64,000 nt of DNA from Octopus vulgaris (Eukaryota): contig OX597838.1 in NCBI GenBank assembly GCA_951406725.2, forward strand, positions 16,492,001 through 16,556,000, read 5' to 3'. How positions within the stretch are numbered: the stretch's first letter is position 1; each line of letters starts with the position of its first letter. The notes below the pieces were generated by a model. That model saw only the letters and a program-made list of their open reading frames with translations. It was not told the DNA's origin and searched no databases. The position numbers and the translations under genes were made by a program. Positions 41,545-54,470 of this stretch are shown piece by piece.

Positions 41545-42348
41545 CTATAATAATTAGGAGAAATAATTAAAATAAAAATATTAATTAAAATTCATGAAAT
41601 ACACTGCAGGAATGAATAACATGTGAGTCTTCAAACAAGAGAGAGAGAAAGCAGAGAGGGGGGGAAAGGGGGAGAGAGAGAGAGAGACAGAGAGAGACAG
41701 AGAGAGAGAGACAGAGAGACAGAGAGAGAGACAGAGAGAGAGAGAGACAGAGAGAGAGAGGTAAACCAAAGGAATTAATATATAAATCAACAATTACCAG
41801 ATTCATATATATTTCTTGCCTGCATGCACTTTTTCTTGCAAGGTACTTTAGATTTATGAGGAATGGATCCTAAAGGAGAAGCACACTTTCAATATATTTA
41901 AAGGAAACAAATATCATATATACATGACAATATCACACATATTCAAAGATAGCTTCACAAAGACACAAGGTTAAGAGAATAATCATTTATTCATTTATTT
42001 AAACTAGATTTTCTTTTCTGTCTAACTTCCATCTCTCTCTCCCCTCCTCTTTCCTCTCTATTGACTTTCATCCTGCACAAAGGAGACATGGAATCTGCAA
42101 GCTGCAGTGGAAGGAAAACCAACCCAGATGAGAAATAAATCTGAATAAAAATTGATACAGTGTCAAAGAGGCTCTTCTCTCGTGTTAGACAGCCTCTCTA
42201 GTGTGGGTGGCAAGATAAAAAACTCATTCAGTTGATGCTGTATGATGGCTGATAACAAGAAGAGCATATATTTGTGAAATTAGGAAAAATAATCTCAAGA
42301 ACACGACAAACAAATCAATGTTAAACTCTTAATTGCATATGCAAGATG

Positions 42349-42509
42349 TAGGCATGGTTGTGTGGTAAGTAGCTTGCTAACCAACAACATGGTTCTGGGT
42401 TCAGTCCCACTGCGTGGCATCTTGGGCAAGTGTCTTCTGCTATAGCCCCGGGCCGACCAATTCCTTGTGAGTGGATTTGGTAGACGGAAACTGAAAGAAG
42501 CCTGTTGTA

Positions 42510-42566
<57 letters not shown>

Positions 42567-42772
42567 GTGTATGTGTTTGTGTGTCTGTGTTTGTCCCCCC
42601 TAGCATTGCTTGACAACTGATGCTGGTGTATTTACGTCCCCGTCACTTAGCGGTTCGGCAAAAGAGACCGATAGAATAAGTACTGGGCTTACAAAGAATA
42701 AGTCGACTAAAGGCGGTGCTCCAGCATAGCTGCAATCAAATGGCTGAAACAAGTAAAAGAGTAAAAAGAGTA
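42349..42772 (+). mobile_element. SINE family A
   Basis: Full body; ATATGCAAGATGTAGGCATGG is repeated at both ends. Confidence 0.88.
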
Positions 42773-43032
42773 ATATGCAAGATGTAGGCATGGCTGTGTG
42801 GTTAGGAGGCCTGCTGCCCAGCCACATGATTTCAGGTTCAGTCCCACAACATGGCACCTTGGACAAATGTCTTCTTATTTCTTTATTGCCCACAAGGGGC
42901 TAAACACATAGGGTCAAACAAGCAGATGTGTGCTGTGTTCAAAAGATGGAGAAGACCTTCAACCAGGCTCCTCAGATATAAATTCCTCTCGGTGAGTAAC
43001 AGTTCTAGAGTTGGTAGAAAAGGCATATTGTT

Positions 43033-43266
43033 TCTTATTTCTTTATTGCCCACAAGGGGCTAAACATAGAGGGGGACAAACAAAGACAGACAAAGGAATT
43101 AAGTTGATTACATCGACCCCAGTGCATAACTGGTACTTAATTTATCGACCCCGAAAGGCTAAAAGGCAAAGTCGACCTCAGCGGAATTTGAACTCAGAAC
43201 ATAACGTCAGACGAAATACTGCTAAGCATTTCGCCCGGTGTGCTAATGATTCAGCCAGCTCACTGC
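43033..43266 (-). mobile_element. SINE family B (left arm of inverted duplication)
   Basis: Family B match with a GCATATT(G/A)TT TSD. Confidence 0.88.
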
Positions 43267-43573
43267 CCTGCATATTATTGGCAACGAAATGAGCTAAGTA
43301 GACAGCTCCTTTCACCTTAGTTTCAGTTCCTGTGTGAAACACTTGGGGCAAATGTCTTTTACTAGAGTCCCAGCACAATCAATGCATTGTGAAAGAATTA
43401 CTTGGAGAGAAACAGTAAGAAGCCCTTGGCATATACATAAATACACTTTGACAATAGAATACTACTGTTGCACATATCACATATGCTCACATGCATTTAC
43501 ATGCACTAGGTGTGTCTAGTGGTGAGGGTGTTATCACACGATAATGGTTTCAATTCATGGACCAATTCAATTC

Positions 43574-43806
43574 AAGGCGGCGAGCTAGCAGAATCGTTAG
43601 CACGTCGGGCGAAATGCTTAGCGGTATTTCGTCTGCCGTTACGTTGTGAGTTCAAATTCCGCCGAGGTCGACTTTGCCTTTCATCCTTTCGGGGTCGATA
43701 AATTAAGTACCAGTTAAGCACTGGGGTCGATATAATCAACTTAATACCTATGTCTGTCCATGTTTGTCCCCTCTATGTTCAGCCACTTGTGGGTAATAAA
43801 GAAATA
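43574..43806 (+). mobile_element. SINE family B
   Basis: 20-bp flanking direct repeat GGTTTCAATTCATGGACCAA. Confidence 0.9.
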
Positions 43807-44217
43807 GGTTTCAATTCATGGACCAAGCAGTGTGTTGTGTTCTTGAGCAAAATACTTCAGTGTGTGTGTACAATCTATACTGAGTTATGGCTACAAACAT
43901 TGACATCACCGTTAGCAGCTCAGATGCAACTGGCGATGTTTGTTGATATTTTCTGTCAACAAATCATAAGCCAGCTCTTCTACACTTTCAAATTTCTCAA
44001 GATAAAAAAAAAACAACCCTTTACTTGAAAAACTGGTAAGGGTTGGCAGCAGTATCTCACTGTAAAAATCTTGTCTCAGTTACCTCTAGTCTTAGTCACA
44101 CAAGCATGGATAAACAGGCATTAACCCCTTGCAGATGGATTTAGTACTGACAGTCTGTACTGTGTATTGGTATTAGGCTGTTCAGTAACTACATAATTCA
44201 TTGCCAACAATATGCAG

Positions 44218-44808
44218 CGCGGTGAGCTGGCAGAATCATTAGCACACCGGGCTAAATGCTTAGCAGTATTTCGTCTGACATTATGTTCTGAGTTCAAATT
44301 CCACCGAGGTCGACTTTGCCTTTCATCCTTTCGAGGTTGATAAATTAAGTACCAGTTACACACTGGGGTCGATGTAATCGACTTAATCCCATTGTCTGTC
44401 TTTGTTTGTCCCCTCTATGTTTAGCCCCTTGTGGGTAGTAAAGAAATAGGTATTTCGTCTGTCTTTACGTTCTGAGTTCAAATTCCACCGAGGTCGACTT
44501 TGCCTTTCATCCTTTCGGGGTTGATAAATTAAGTACCAGTTACACACTGGGGTCGATGTAATCGACTTAATCCCTTTGTCTGTCTTTGTTCCCTCTATGT
44601 TTAGCCCCTTGTGGGTAGTAAAGAAATAGGTATTTCATCTGCTGTTACATTCTGAGTTCAAATTCCACCGAGGTCGACTTTGCCTTTCATCCTTTCGGGG
44701 TTGATAAATTAAGTACCAGTTACACACTGGGGTCGATGTAATCAACTTAATCCCTTTGTTTGTCCCCTCTATGTTTAGCCCCTTGTGGGCAATAAAGAAA
44801 TAAGAAAC
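44218..44808 (+). mobile_element. SINE family B, tandem trimer (right arm of inverted duplication)
   Basis: One head plus three ~180-bp bodies. Confidence 0.9.
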
Positions 44809-45689
44809 AATATGCCTTTTCTACCAACTCTAGATATATAATTTTTCATACAAGGAATTTTAGAGTGTATTTACATATTCTTTTCAGTGTGGTATATTTG
44901 AAAACAGTGCTGCACAGAGCGAGACATCACACTGCTCACACACATAGTGTTTCAATGCACTTAGTACCGTTTCCCATCTGCAAGATGGTTAAATGAAATG
45001 AAATGGAAAACAACCAGTAACAAGTTCCTCTCTCACTAGTATTGGCAGCATGCAGTATCTTGGACAAGACAGTTAACTAATCCTGGCATGTCTGGCAGTA
45101 GAGCATGTCAGTTAAAAGATAAACAGAGTTGATTGTGAAAAGCAGATTTCACTATAGGCTGATCTACAGCTTGATGGCTTTATAGTGTAGAGAGTAAACC
45201 TTTTGAATGAAATTATGAAAGCCCACACATACAAAGAAAAATCAATTTTCAAGAAATTTCAGGATCAGGAACTCTATTCCTAAAGCAATCATAAAATATT
45301 TATAGTTTATTTTGTTCTATCAGATAATTTTATTCATTCAAAATTTTCCATAATCTAGCCATTCTATATTTGAAGGAAGATGTTGATGTGGTATTTAACC
45401 TAAGGCTTGCTTTTCTTCTTTCTTTTTTTTTTTTGATAATAACTTTTCTAAAAGCTCTTAATTTCTAATAGCATTTTTATTTATTTATGTATTTCAGTCA
45501 AAGTTTCTATCAGGTAAACAACATAAAAATTTACAGTTTTTCAGGAAATGTATATAACTTAATCAGAACCACATGGTTCTGTGTTCAGTCCTATTGCATG
45601 GTACCATGGTCAAGTGTCTTCTACTATGACCCTGGGGCTGGCCAAAGCTTTGTGAGTGGATTTGGTAGACAGAAACTGAAAGAAGCCTG

Positions 45690-45723
<34 letters not shown>

Positions 45724-45726
<3 letters not shown>

Positions 45727-46140
45727 CGCAGGAGTGGCTGTGTGGTAAGTAGCTTGTCTACCAACCGCCGGGTTCAGTCCCACTGCGTGGCACTTTGGGC
45801 AAGTGTCTTCTACTATAGCCTCGGGCCGACCAAAGCCTTGTGGGTGGATTTGGTAGTAGACGGAAACTGAAAGAAGCCCGTCGTATATATGTATATATAT
45901 ATATATATATGTGCATGTGTGTGTTTGTGTGTCTGTGTTTGTCCCCCTAGCATTGCTTGACAACCGATGCTGGTGTGTTTATGTCCCCGTCACTTAGCGG
46001 TTCAGCAAAAGAGACCGATAGAATAAGTACTGGGCTTACAAAAGAATAAGTCCTGGGGTCGAGTTGCTCGATTAAAGGTGGTGCTCCAGCATGGCCGCAG
46101 TCAAATGACTGAAACAAGTAAAAGAGTAAAGAGTAAGAGT
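45724..46140 (+). mobile_element. SINE family A nested in an older A copy (~45565-46425)
   Basis: Young full copy between the 5' and 3' halves of a diverged copy. Confidence 0.85.
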
Positions 46141-47651
46141 ATATATATATATATATATATATATATGCATATGTGTGTGTATGTGCGTGCATGTATATGC
46201 TTGTATAGTATATCCGTGTGTGTATCTCTGTGTGTTTTTCCCCAACCACCATTTGACAACCGGTGTTGGTTTATTTACATCTCTACAACTTAGCGATTCA
46301 TTAAAAGAGATTGATAGAATAAGTATCAGGCTTAAAAAAATAATCACTGGGGTCAATCTGTTTGACTAAACGCTTCAAGGCAGTGCCCCAGCTTGGCTGC
46401 AGTCCAATGACTGAAACAAGTAAAAAAAAAAAATACAGAAAAAAACCTCTTCCCATTGGTTGTCAGCAATAATAATGCCAGTAATGGATTTGTTTACAGC
46501 CTAAAATGGAGGTGGAGTAATATATTAATCTGATTATCATACCTGAACCACCCATGTAATTGTTATATAAAGATATAATCTTACATAGAGAAAAAGGAAA
46601 AGATTTTTCATTCTGGTTTATCCAGCTCATTCATAATAATTTTGAGTTGTTAAACGTGTATGTTTTTGTGCACTTCATTATCTATATAAAAAAATAAGCT
46701 TGTTTACACTCTTTTTCTGATATGTTTAAATATGCAGGTACATGTCAAGAGAAAACTGGTGGTTTATTTCTCATGATCTACAGAAATCATGCTAGATGAA
46801 TGAACTTAAGCAACTAGGATCTTTTTACATGCAAAGCTGTCACAAAGAAATTAATATATTCAGACAGAAGAAAACATCTATTTCCTGATATAAAATTGTT
46901 TTGATCTCAAAGGCATGACCCATGATCTGTTTTGGGAAATAGCTTTTACTTTCTACAACAGTGGAATTAAAGCTTTTGGCTCCTCCAAAATTGCTCCTCA
47001 AAGAAGAAATATTTATAATTCTAATCCATTAAATAAATAATCATGTTCATTATTTTCCAACACCTAGCCGATGAAAAATACCCTAAAACATACTTACCAC
47101 ACAACCACTACTGCACTTTATATATCCAAATAAAAGAAATATTGCCTTTGACTTGCCAACAACAAATTAAGATGTAATCCAAAATATCATTTTGCTATAA
47201 GACTTAATAATAATGCTTGAAGTATATTATATTAGTGATTAAAAATTTTGACACAAAACAGTTTCAGGGGAGAGGAGTAAGTTGATTATATAGATCCCAG
47301 TTAATAAAGTAAGTACCAGTCTGACTGGTACTTACTTACATCCCCCAAAAGGATGAAAGGCAAAGTCAGCCTGAGCAGAATTTGAACTCAGAACATGAAG
47401 ACAAGCAAAATGCAGATAAACATTTTGCCTGGAGTGCTAACAATTCTGCCAGCTCACTGCCTTGTATAGAATATTATTAATAATAAACATGTATCCACAT
47501 AGATCAATATTTAACAATAATTCAATTTGTTGTTTTATTAAATTTTGCTTAGACAAATTGAATAATTTCAGTGCTAATGAAATGTTAACAACTCTTGAAA
47601 ATTCTTGAAGCTAAAATAAATTTAGACATAAAAATGATTGCAATATTTTAA

Positions 47652-47874
47652 CCCTTTCATTACTGTATTTATTTTGAGATGCTCTGTGTTTCTTTCAATT
47701 TAATTCAAATATAACAAAGAATTTAGTAAAAGAACTTAGTTATCATTAAGCTGGTGTTAGGGAACATAGATTGTGACTAAGGTTTGGTGGAAGATTTTAA
47801 TTCAAAACTTACAAAAACAAGACATTTGTACTACAGAACCAGAGCTGGTTTCAGCCGGGTTGGCATTGAAAGGG
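47652..47874. mobile_element. piggyBac-type MITE
   Basis: TTAA|CCCTTTC...GAAAGGG|TTAA; reverse of the 13309 copy. Confidence 0.88.
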
Positions 47875-48614
47875 TTAATGCAGTCAGTATTACCACCAAT
47901 GATATTAAATAGTAATCAATGACACTAAATAATAAAGTTATACACAGTCCAACTGAATACAATATCAGCATCTTAGTTCGTGAGTGATAGAAGTTTGAGG
48001 TTCAATATAACATATTTTGAACTTTCACATAAGATAAATTTAGACAAAATGTTTTGATTCATTTGCCTTTTCAAATAGGCAAAATTTGCATCTTTCTTTC
48101 CTTTTTTTCTTTTTATTAAGATAAGCTCTTTCTTCAAAAATTGCACAGATCTTTTATATCATCAGCATATAGCATTTTATTGAAGTAAATCAATATTTCC
48201 ATATATAGCTGGCGGAATCAACAAGAAGGAAGTGTATTTCTTACTTAAATTGTTCTATTTTTGATTAATCTACCAATCTCTTCAAGGGAAGTAGAATACT
48301 TTTAGAAAGTTAAACAATCTAAAAATTAAATTTATTCAAGTATGAAACCCTATACACCAGTTCTCATTGATTCTAAAAGCAGTTCAAACAATAAATTTAA
48401 ACCTATGTTAGTAAGTACACACGGCTATACCATGTATTTCCTATTTCAAAACCACATCAAACCACATTCTTTATTTATACATAATAGTTAATGTACAAGT
48501 CAAATGCTGCTATTGGAATCTACAGATCAATAACAATAGCACTTAATTTTTAATACAATACCAGTACAGACATAAATTCAAATAATATTTTTTGAAATAC
48601 TAAATTAAAATTAC

Positions 48615-48629
48615 CTGCAGCAAAATCAT
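48615..48629 (-). CDS. ZCWPW1: Candidate 15-nt symmetric micro-exon (N-D-F-A-A-G) of the ZCWPW1-like gene
   Basis: Minus strand reads TTTTTTTATCAG|ATGATTTTGCTGCAG|GTAATT. Phase 1-1, keeps frame and gives ...KKN-NDFAAG-TWVEC. Confidence 0.5.
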
Positions 48630-48825
48630 CTGATAAAAAAACTATATAAATTGGAAAAACAATTGATTAATTAATTCATTATACAATGTTGTGTTACTAA
48701 GAAAGACGTCAATCAAATTTCGTTTCTTAATTGTTTTATGTCAATTTTTGCTTCATATTCATTTTCAACATGCAAGTATTTTCCTGAGCTGAAATGACTT
48801 TTATTAATTTGAACTTTAGCATCTA

Positions 48826-49205
48826 CACTTGCGTCAGAAATTAATTAGCACTTCTCAAATTTCTACATTAAATAGGTTAAATCAATTAACCTATGAGCTG
48901 TTCAAAACGTCTTACGCGATGAGAAAACTTAGTATGGTGTGATTTCGGTCCTTGCAAGGCGCTACCTATATCTATTAAACGAAGGAAGATTTGTCTGCAT
49001 CCGCACTCCAAGTTGTTGTTGCACTGCTATGTCAACATCATAAGGCTGTAGACTCTCAAACTGTTCTGCAAACAAAGTTACGTCATCGTTCTGCGCAACA
49101 GTGAACTCGCAACAAAGCAATAGTTCGAGATATGGCCACTAGGTGACAGCACATACCTTGAGTGAAGAGCAAATCAAGGGTGCTAATTAATTTCTGACGG
49201 TAGTG
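48826..49205. mobile_element. Tc1-like MITE
   Basis: TA|CACTTGCGTCAGAAATTAATTAGCAC ... GTGCTAATTAATTTCTGACGGTAGTG|TA. Confidence 0.85.
49133..49151 (+). promoter_or_regulatory. CTCF-like motif TGGCCACTAGGTGACAGCA
   Basis: Close to the CTCF core CCACYAGRKGGCRSY, with one G>A in the GGC; binding not shown. Confidence 0.4.
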
Positions 49206-49571
49206 TAGTTGGAGCAACATACAATTATAAGACAATGGTTCTTGTTATCAACCAAGCGCTTGTTAAAAGAAGATTCCTTTTGTTATACATGACATATGAT
49301 CTTGCATATTTTAATTCTATTTACAAACATAATGGCATCAAGAAAATAACCACTTTTGGGTTCTTCTTTTTGATTGTTATTTTAGTAGTTGCAAGAGGAT
49401 CTAACGTCTCCGAGTACTTCATGCTCTTCCAGTATGAGTTCTAGATCTGTTGGGATTAAGTTTGTCTTTCATCCCATGAGAGTCAATAAGCTATGTACCA
49501 AGTACAAAATATGTAGTGAACTAGATTGAGTCAATTGTAATCTAACAAAATAAATTTAAGGCTTAATTTAA

Positions 49572-49742
49572 GGTGCAGGAGTGGCTGTGTGGTAAGTAGC
49601 TTGTTTACCAACCACATGGTTCTGGGTTCAGTCCCACTGCGTGACACCTTGGGCAAGTGTCTTCTACTATAGCCTCGGGCCGACCAAAGCCTTGTGAGTG
49701 GATTTGGTAGACGGAAACTGAAAGAAGCCCGTCGTATATATG

Positions 49743-49784
<42 letters not shown>

Positions 49785-50004
49785 CGTGTATGTTTGTGTT
49801 TCTCCCATCCAACATTGCTTGACAACCAATGCTGGTGTGTTTATGTCCCCGTCACTTAGCGGTTCGGCAAAAAGTGACTGATAGAATAAGTACTGGGTTT
49901 ACAAAGAATAAATCTCAGGGTCGAGTTGCTCGATTAAAGGCAGTGCTCCAGCATGGCCACAGTCAAATGACTGAAACAAGTAAAAGAGTAAAAAGAGTAA
50001 AGAG
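49572..50004 (+). mobile_element. SINE family A
   Basis: Full-length copy. Confidence 0.9.
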
Positions 50005-50183
50005 AATACTGGAAATATTTATTTAATTACTAATTTCAAATTTTGGCACAAGACCAGAAACTTCAGGGGAGGGAGTAAATCAATTACATCAACCACAGTG
50101 CTTGACTAGTACTTATTTTACCAACCCTGAAAGAATGTACCGTGTATTGAACTCTTAATTAATATATAATAAATGCTGTATAT

Positions 50184-50472
50184 GTAAAAGTAAATGTCGC
50201 TAAAAGCTGGGATCACCAAGCGTAGATTGGCATATTTCGGTCATATTATGCGGAGAGAATCCCTGGAGAAGGACATCATGCTCGGAATGGTCAGTGGCAA
50301 GAGAGAAAGAGGCCGACCAAGAACCTGCTGGCTTGACACCATCAAGAGTGATACCGGAATGGACATGGCCAGTCTGAAGGAAGCGGCCCAGGGTAGAACT
50401 GACTGGAGGACACTGATCCAATGAGTGACTGAGCGTCGACTTTGACTGAGCGGATAGATAGATAGGTAGATA
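50184..50472 (+). mobile_element. 5'-truncated RTE-BovB-like LINE
   Basis: RLAYFGHIMRRESLEKDIMLGMVSGKRERGRPRTCWLD C-terminus, (GATA)n tail, 9-bp TSD GCTGTATAT (50175-50183 / 50473-50481). Confidence 0.92.
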
Positions 50473-51230
50473 GCTGTATATTTGTTTAAATAATTAAAAA
50501 CCACCAGTCGCATGACATAAATACGTTTTATGTGGACTCATCCATTTTTTTCTATGTGTTGCGATTAAAATAAACGGGAACACACAATTGATTTCATTGC
50601 TACAGGATCATGGTTGATGGTGTTACCCATTCTCATATGTTCTGCTGTTGGTTGCGCTTCTGCTACAGCAAGATAAACATTCTCAGTTTATTGCTATTTG
50701 ATCTGGGTTCCTATACTTGTGCTTATGAAATAAGCAAATTACAGAACTTGACAGAATGAAAGGCAAAGTCGATCTCAGCAGAATTTGAACTCAGAGCATG
50801 ACAACAGGCAAAATGCCTCCAACACACTAACGAATCTGTCAGCTCATTGCCTTAAATCTTCATTTAATTATTGGCAATGAAAACTTATCGAAACAATAAT
50901 GCAATGCATTAATCTATCATTATTGATCAGAGGTATTCTTATCTCATCTACTCCCTATTATTAGTGTCATTAAAACAAAGGGCCATGACATGCAGTGAGA
51001 TGCTATGAGACCTTTACAAACTAAGCCAGCAAAGAAAAATGGGCTTACAATGATAATGATCATCATTATTACTGTACTTAAAATCTATTTTTCCACACCT
51101 GCATGAATCATATATATTCACAAACATGTAAACAAACTTAATTGTACACATTAAATTTGTAAATAAAGAGGAATTTTTAAAGCATGTACAAAAAAGTACA
51201 CACATATGGGTGATACCTTTCTAACATACC

Positions 51231-51461
51231 TATTTCTTTATTACCCGCAAGGGGCTAAACATAGAGGGGACAAACAAGGACAGACATAGGTACTAAGTCG
51301 ATTACATCGACCCCAGTGCGTAACTGGTACTTAATTTATCAACCCCGAAAGGATGAAAGGCAAAGTCGACCTCGGCGGAATTTGAACTCACAACGTAACG
51401 GCAGACGAAATACGGCTACGCATTTCGCCCGGCGTGCTAACGTTTCTGCCAGCTCGCCGCT
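51231..51461 (-). mobile_element. SINE family B
   Basis: CpG-intact copy; TSD-like TTTCTA(A/T)CATACCT on both sides. Confidence 0.9.
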
Positions 51462-51801
51462 TTTCTATCATACCTTTAGCTTTGATGGCTGAAACAAATT
51501 AAAGCACCAAAGAACACCTACATAATATCAACTCATTCATTTATATGACAGCTGATTAAACATCGATAAGTGATCAGCCACGTTAACAGAGGGAGAGGAA
51601 AGAGGGATAGGAGTTGCAACATTCATGCTTTTTTTATAAAGGACAATAATAGTATGAATGAAATACAATTGCTCAAACAGAGAGAAAATATAGCTAAATA
51701 GGGGGAGTTCAAACAGGATGCATGCTTAGCTTGATGGAAACCCATGTTTAATTTTGCATGGTTAACCACACACAAACACAGATTAAACATATGTAAACAG
51801 A

Positions 51802-52392
51802 CAGGAGTGGCTGTGTGGTAAGTAGCTTGCTAACCAACCACATGGTTCCGGGTTCAGTCCCACTGCGTGGCATCTTGGGCAAGTGTCTTCCGCTATAGCT
51901 CCGGGCCGACCAATGCCTTGTGAGTGGATTTGGTAGACGGAAACTGAAAGAAGCCTGTCGTATATATGTATATATATGGCACGTAAAAAGCACCCACTAC
52001 ACTCACGGAGTGGTTGGCGTTAGGAAGGGCATCCAGCTGTAGAAACATTGCCAGATAAGACTGGAGCCTGGTGCAGCCTTCTGGCTTCCCAGATCCCCGG
52101 TCGAACCGTCCAACCCATGCTAGCATGGAGAACGGACGTTAAACGATGATGATGATGATGATGATGATGTGTGTGTCTGTGTTTGTGTGTCTGTGTTTGT
52201 CACCCTAGCATTGCTTGACAACCGATGCTGGTGTGTTTACTTCCCCGTCGCTTAGCGGTTCGGCAAAAGAGACCGATAGAATAAGTACTGGGCTTACAAA
52301 GAATAAGTGCCGGGGTCGATTTGCTCGACTAAAAGGCGGTGCTCCAGCATGGCCGCAGTCAAATGACTGAAACAAGTAAAAGAGTAAAAGTG
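51802..52392 (+). mobile_element. Family A SINE with an RTE 3' end (51978-52169) inserted in its central microsatellite
   Basis: A 5' half, then GGCACGTAAAAAGC...(GAT)n, then A 3' half. Confidence 0.88.
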
Positions 52393-52663
52393 TAAAGAGA
52401 GACACAAATAAATATAAAATAGTAAAACAAGATAGCATTGAATTTACATTTCAGATATGCTACAGCAAGAAACTTCCTAATTTTGATACTTCAGCTCTTT
52501 CCTAACCATTAATATCAGAAGATTCTTGAAAACAGCATGAAACACTACATCCGTCCAATATAATGAACATGTAAATAGGTTCATATAAATAGATTCAACA
52601 AATCTTTTTCAATTCAAAGAATCTATAATTTTCTTCCTTTCAAATCATGAGGGTAACGTATAT

Positions 52664-53222
<559 letters not shown>

Positions 53223-53444
53223 GGGTAATTGGTTAAAAAAGTTCTCTGACCCCTATTCTGGTTTCTTTAACATTAAAGGGATAAGAAATAACTCTTCTTC
53301 AAACTCAAACAGGTTGTGTTAGTCTATCTATATTAGGTATCCCCACATTCTTTTTTTTTTACTAGGTGAGCTCCAACATAAAATATTCTGTTCTGAAACA
53401 AAGTAATGCCCATAGTGTATTTGGCCAGCAGCAGATTAGAGCCA

Positions 53445-53530
53445 TGCTAGTAGTAGTAGTAGTAGTGGTGGTGGTAGCTGTGGTAGTAGTCGTAGTGGTG
53501 TGGTGGTGGTGGTAGTAGTAGTGGTTAGTG

Positions 53531-53565
<35 letters not shown>

Positions 53566-53740
53566 GGTGGTGGTGGTAGTAGTAGTGGTGGTGGTGGTAG
53601 TAGTAGTAGTGGTGGTGGTGGTAGTAGTAGTGGTAGTAGTAGTAGTGGTAGTAGTGGTGGTGGTGGTAGTGGTAGCAGCAGCAGCAGCAGTAGTAGTAGT
53701 AGTGGTGTGGTGGTGGTAGTAGTAGTGGTAGTGGTTAGTG

Positions 53741-53775
<35 letters not shown>

Positions 53776-53883
53776 GGTGGTGGTGGTAGTAGTAGTGGTA
53801 GTAGTAGTAGTGGTAGTAGTGGTGGTGGTCGTAGTAGTAGTGGTAGTAGTAGTAGTGGTAGTAGTGGTGGTGGTGGTAGTGGT

Positions 53884-53936
<53 letters not shown>

Positions 53937-53961
53937 TAGTAGTAGCAGTAGTAGTAGTAGT
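53445..53961. repeat. Complex (GTA/GTG/GCA)n array
   Basis: Direct reading; an internal block is duplicated. Confidence 0.95.
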
Positions 53962-54470
53962 CACTGTCATCCTTAGCAGCAGCCACACCACCGCTTGAGA
54001 TTCACTGAAGACATGCATCCATAAAAACCTTCAGTCACATAACACTCTGATGAATATTACGCTGCAACACAGACACACACACACACACACACACACAAAA
54101 ATAAACTCTATTGTCATTGCCCTCGTCTTTAAAACCCGCAGCCACCAGTAAAGCAGTACGGTGAATATTGCGACTAGGTAAGCAACTGCATAAAAAACTA
54201 CAGAAGCATGGAGAAATAGTTGCTAATTCTATTGTTGCTGCTACTGATAATGATGATGATTATGAGTATTAGAGAACTAAATCACTTGTAGTGTGAAGAG
54301 AGAGAGAAAGAGGGGGTGGGGGGAAAGGAGGAGGAGGATAATTGTGGTTCTTTCCCCCTGCAGGTTTGCAGATTAAGAAACAACATGCTTTAGCTATAAC
54401 TAAATTAGGTTATCAGAACAATTCCACCCCAAACTCTACTGTTGAAGACAATGACTATTAATAATGGAGT

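Noticed and set aside
48826-49205. CpG-rich patch as an internal promoter of the gene
   Set aside because: It is bounded exactly by TIRs and TA TSDs, so a MITE explains the CpG content.
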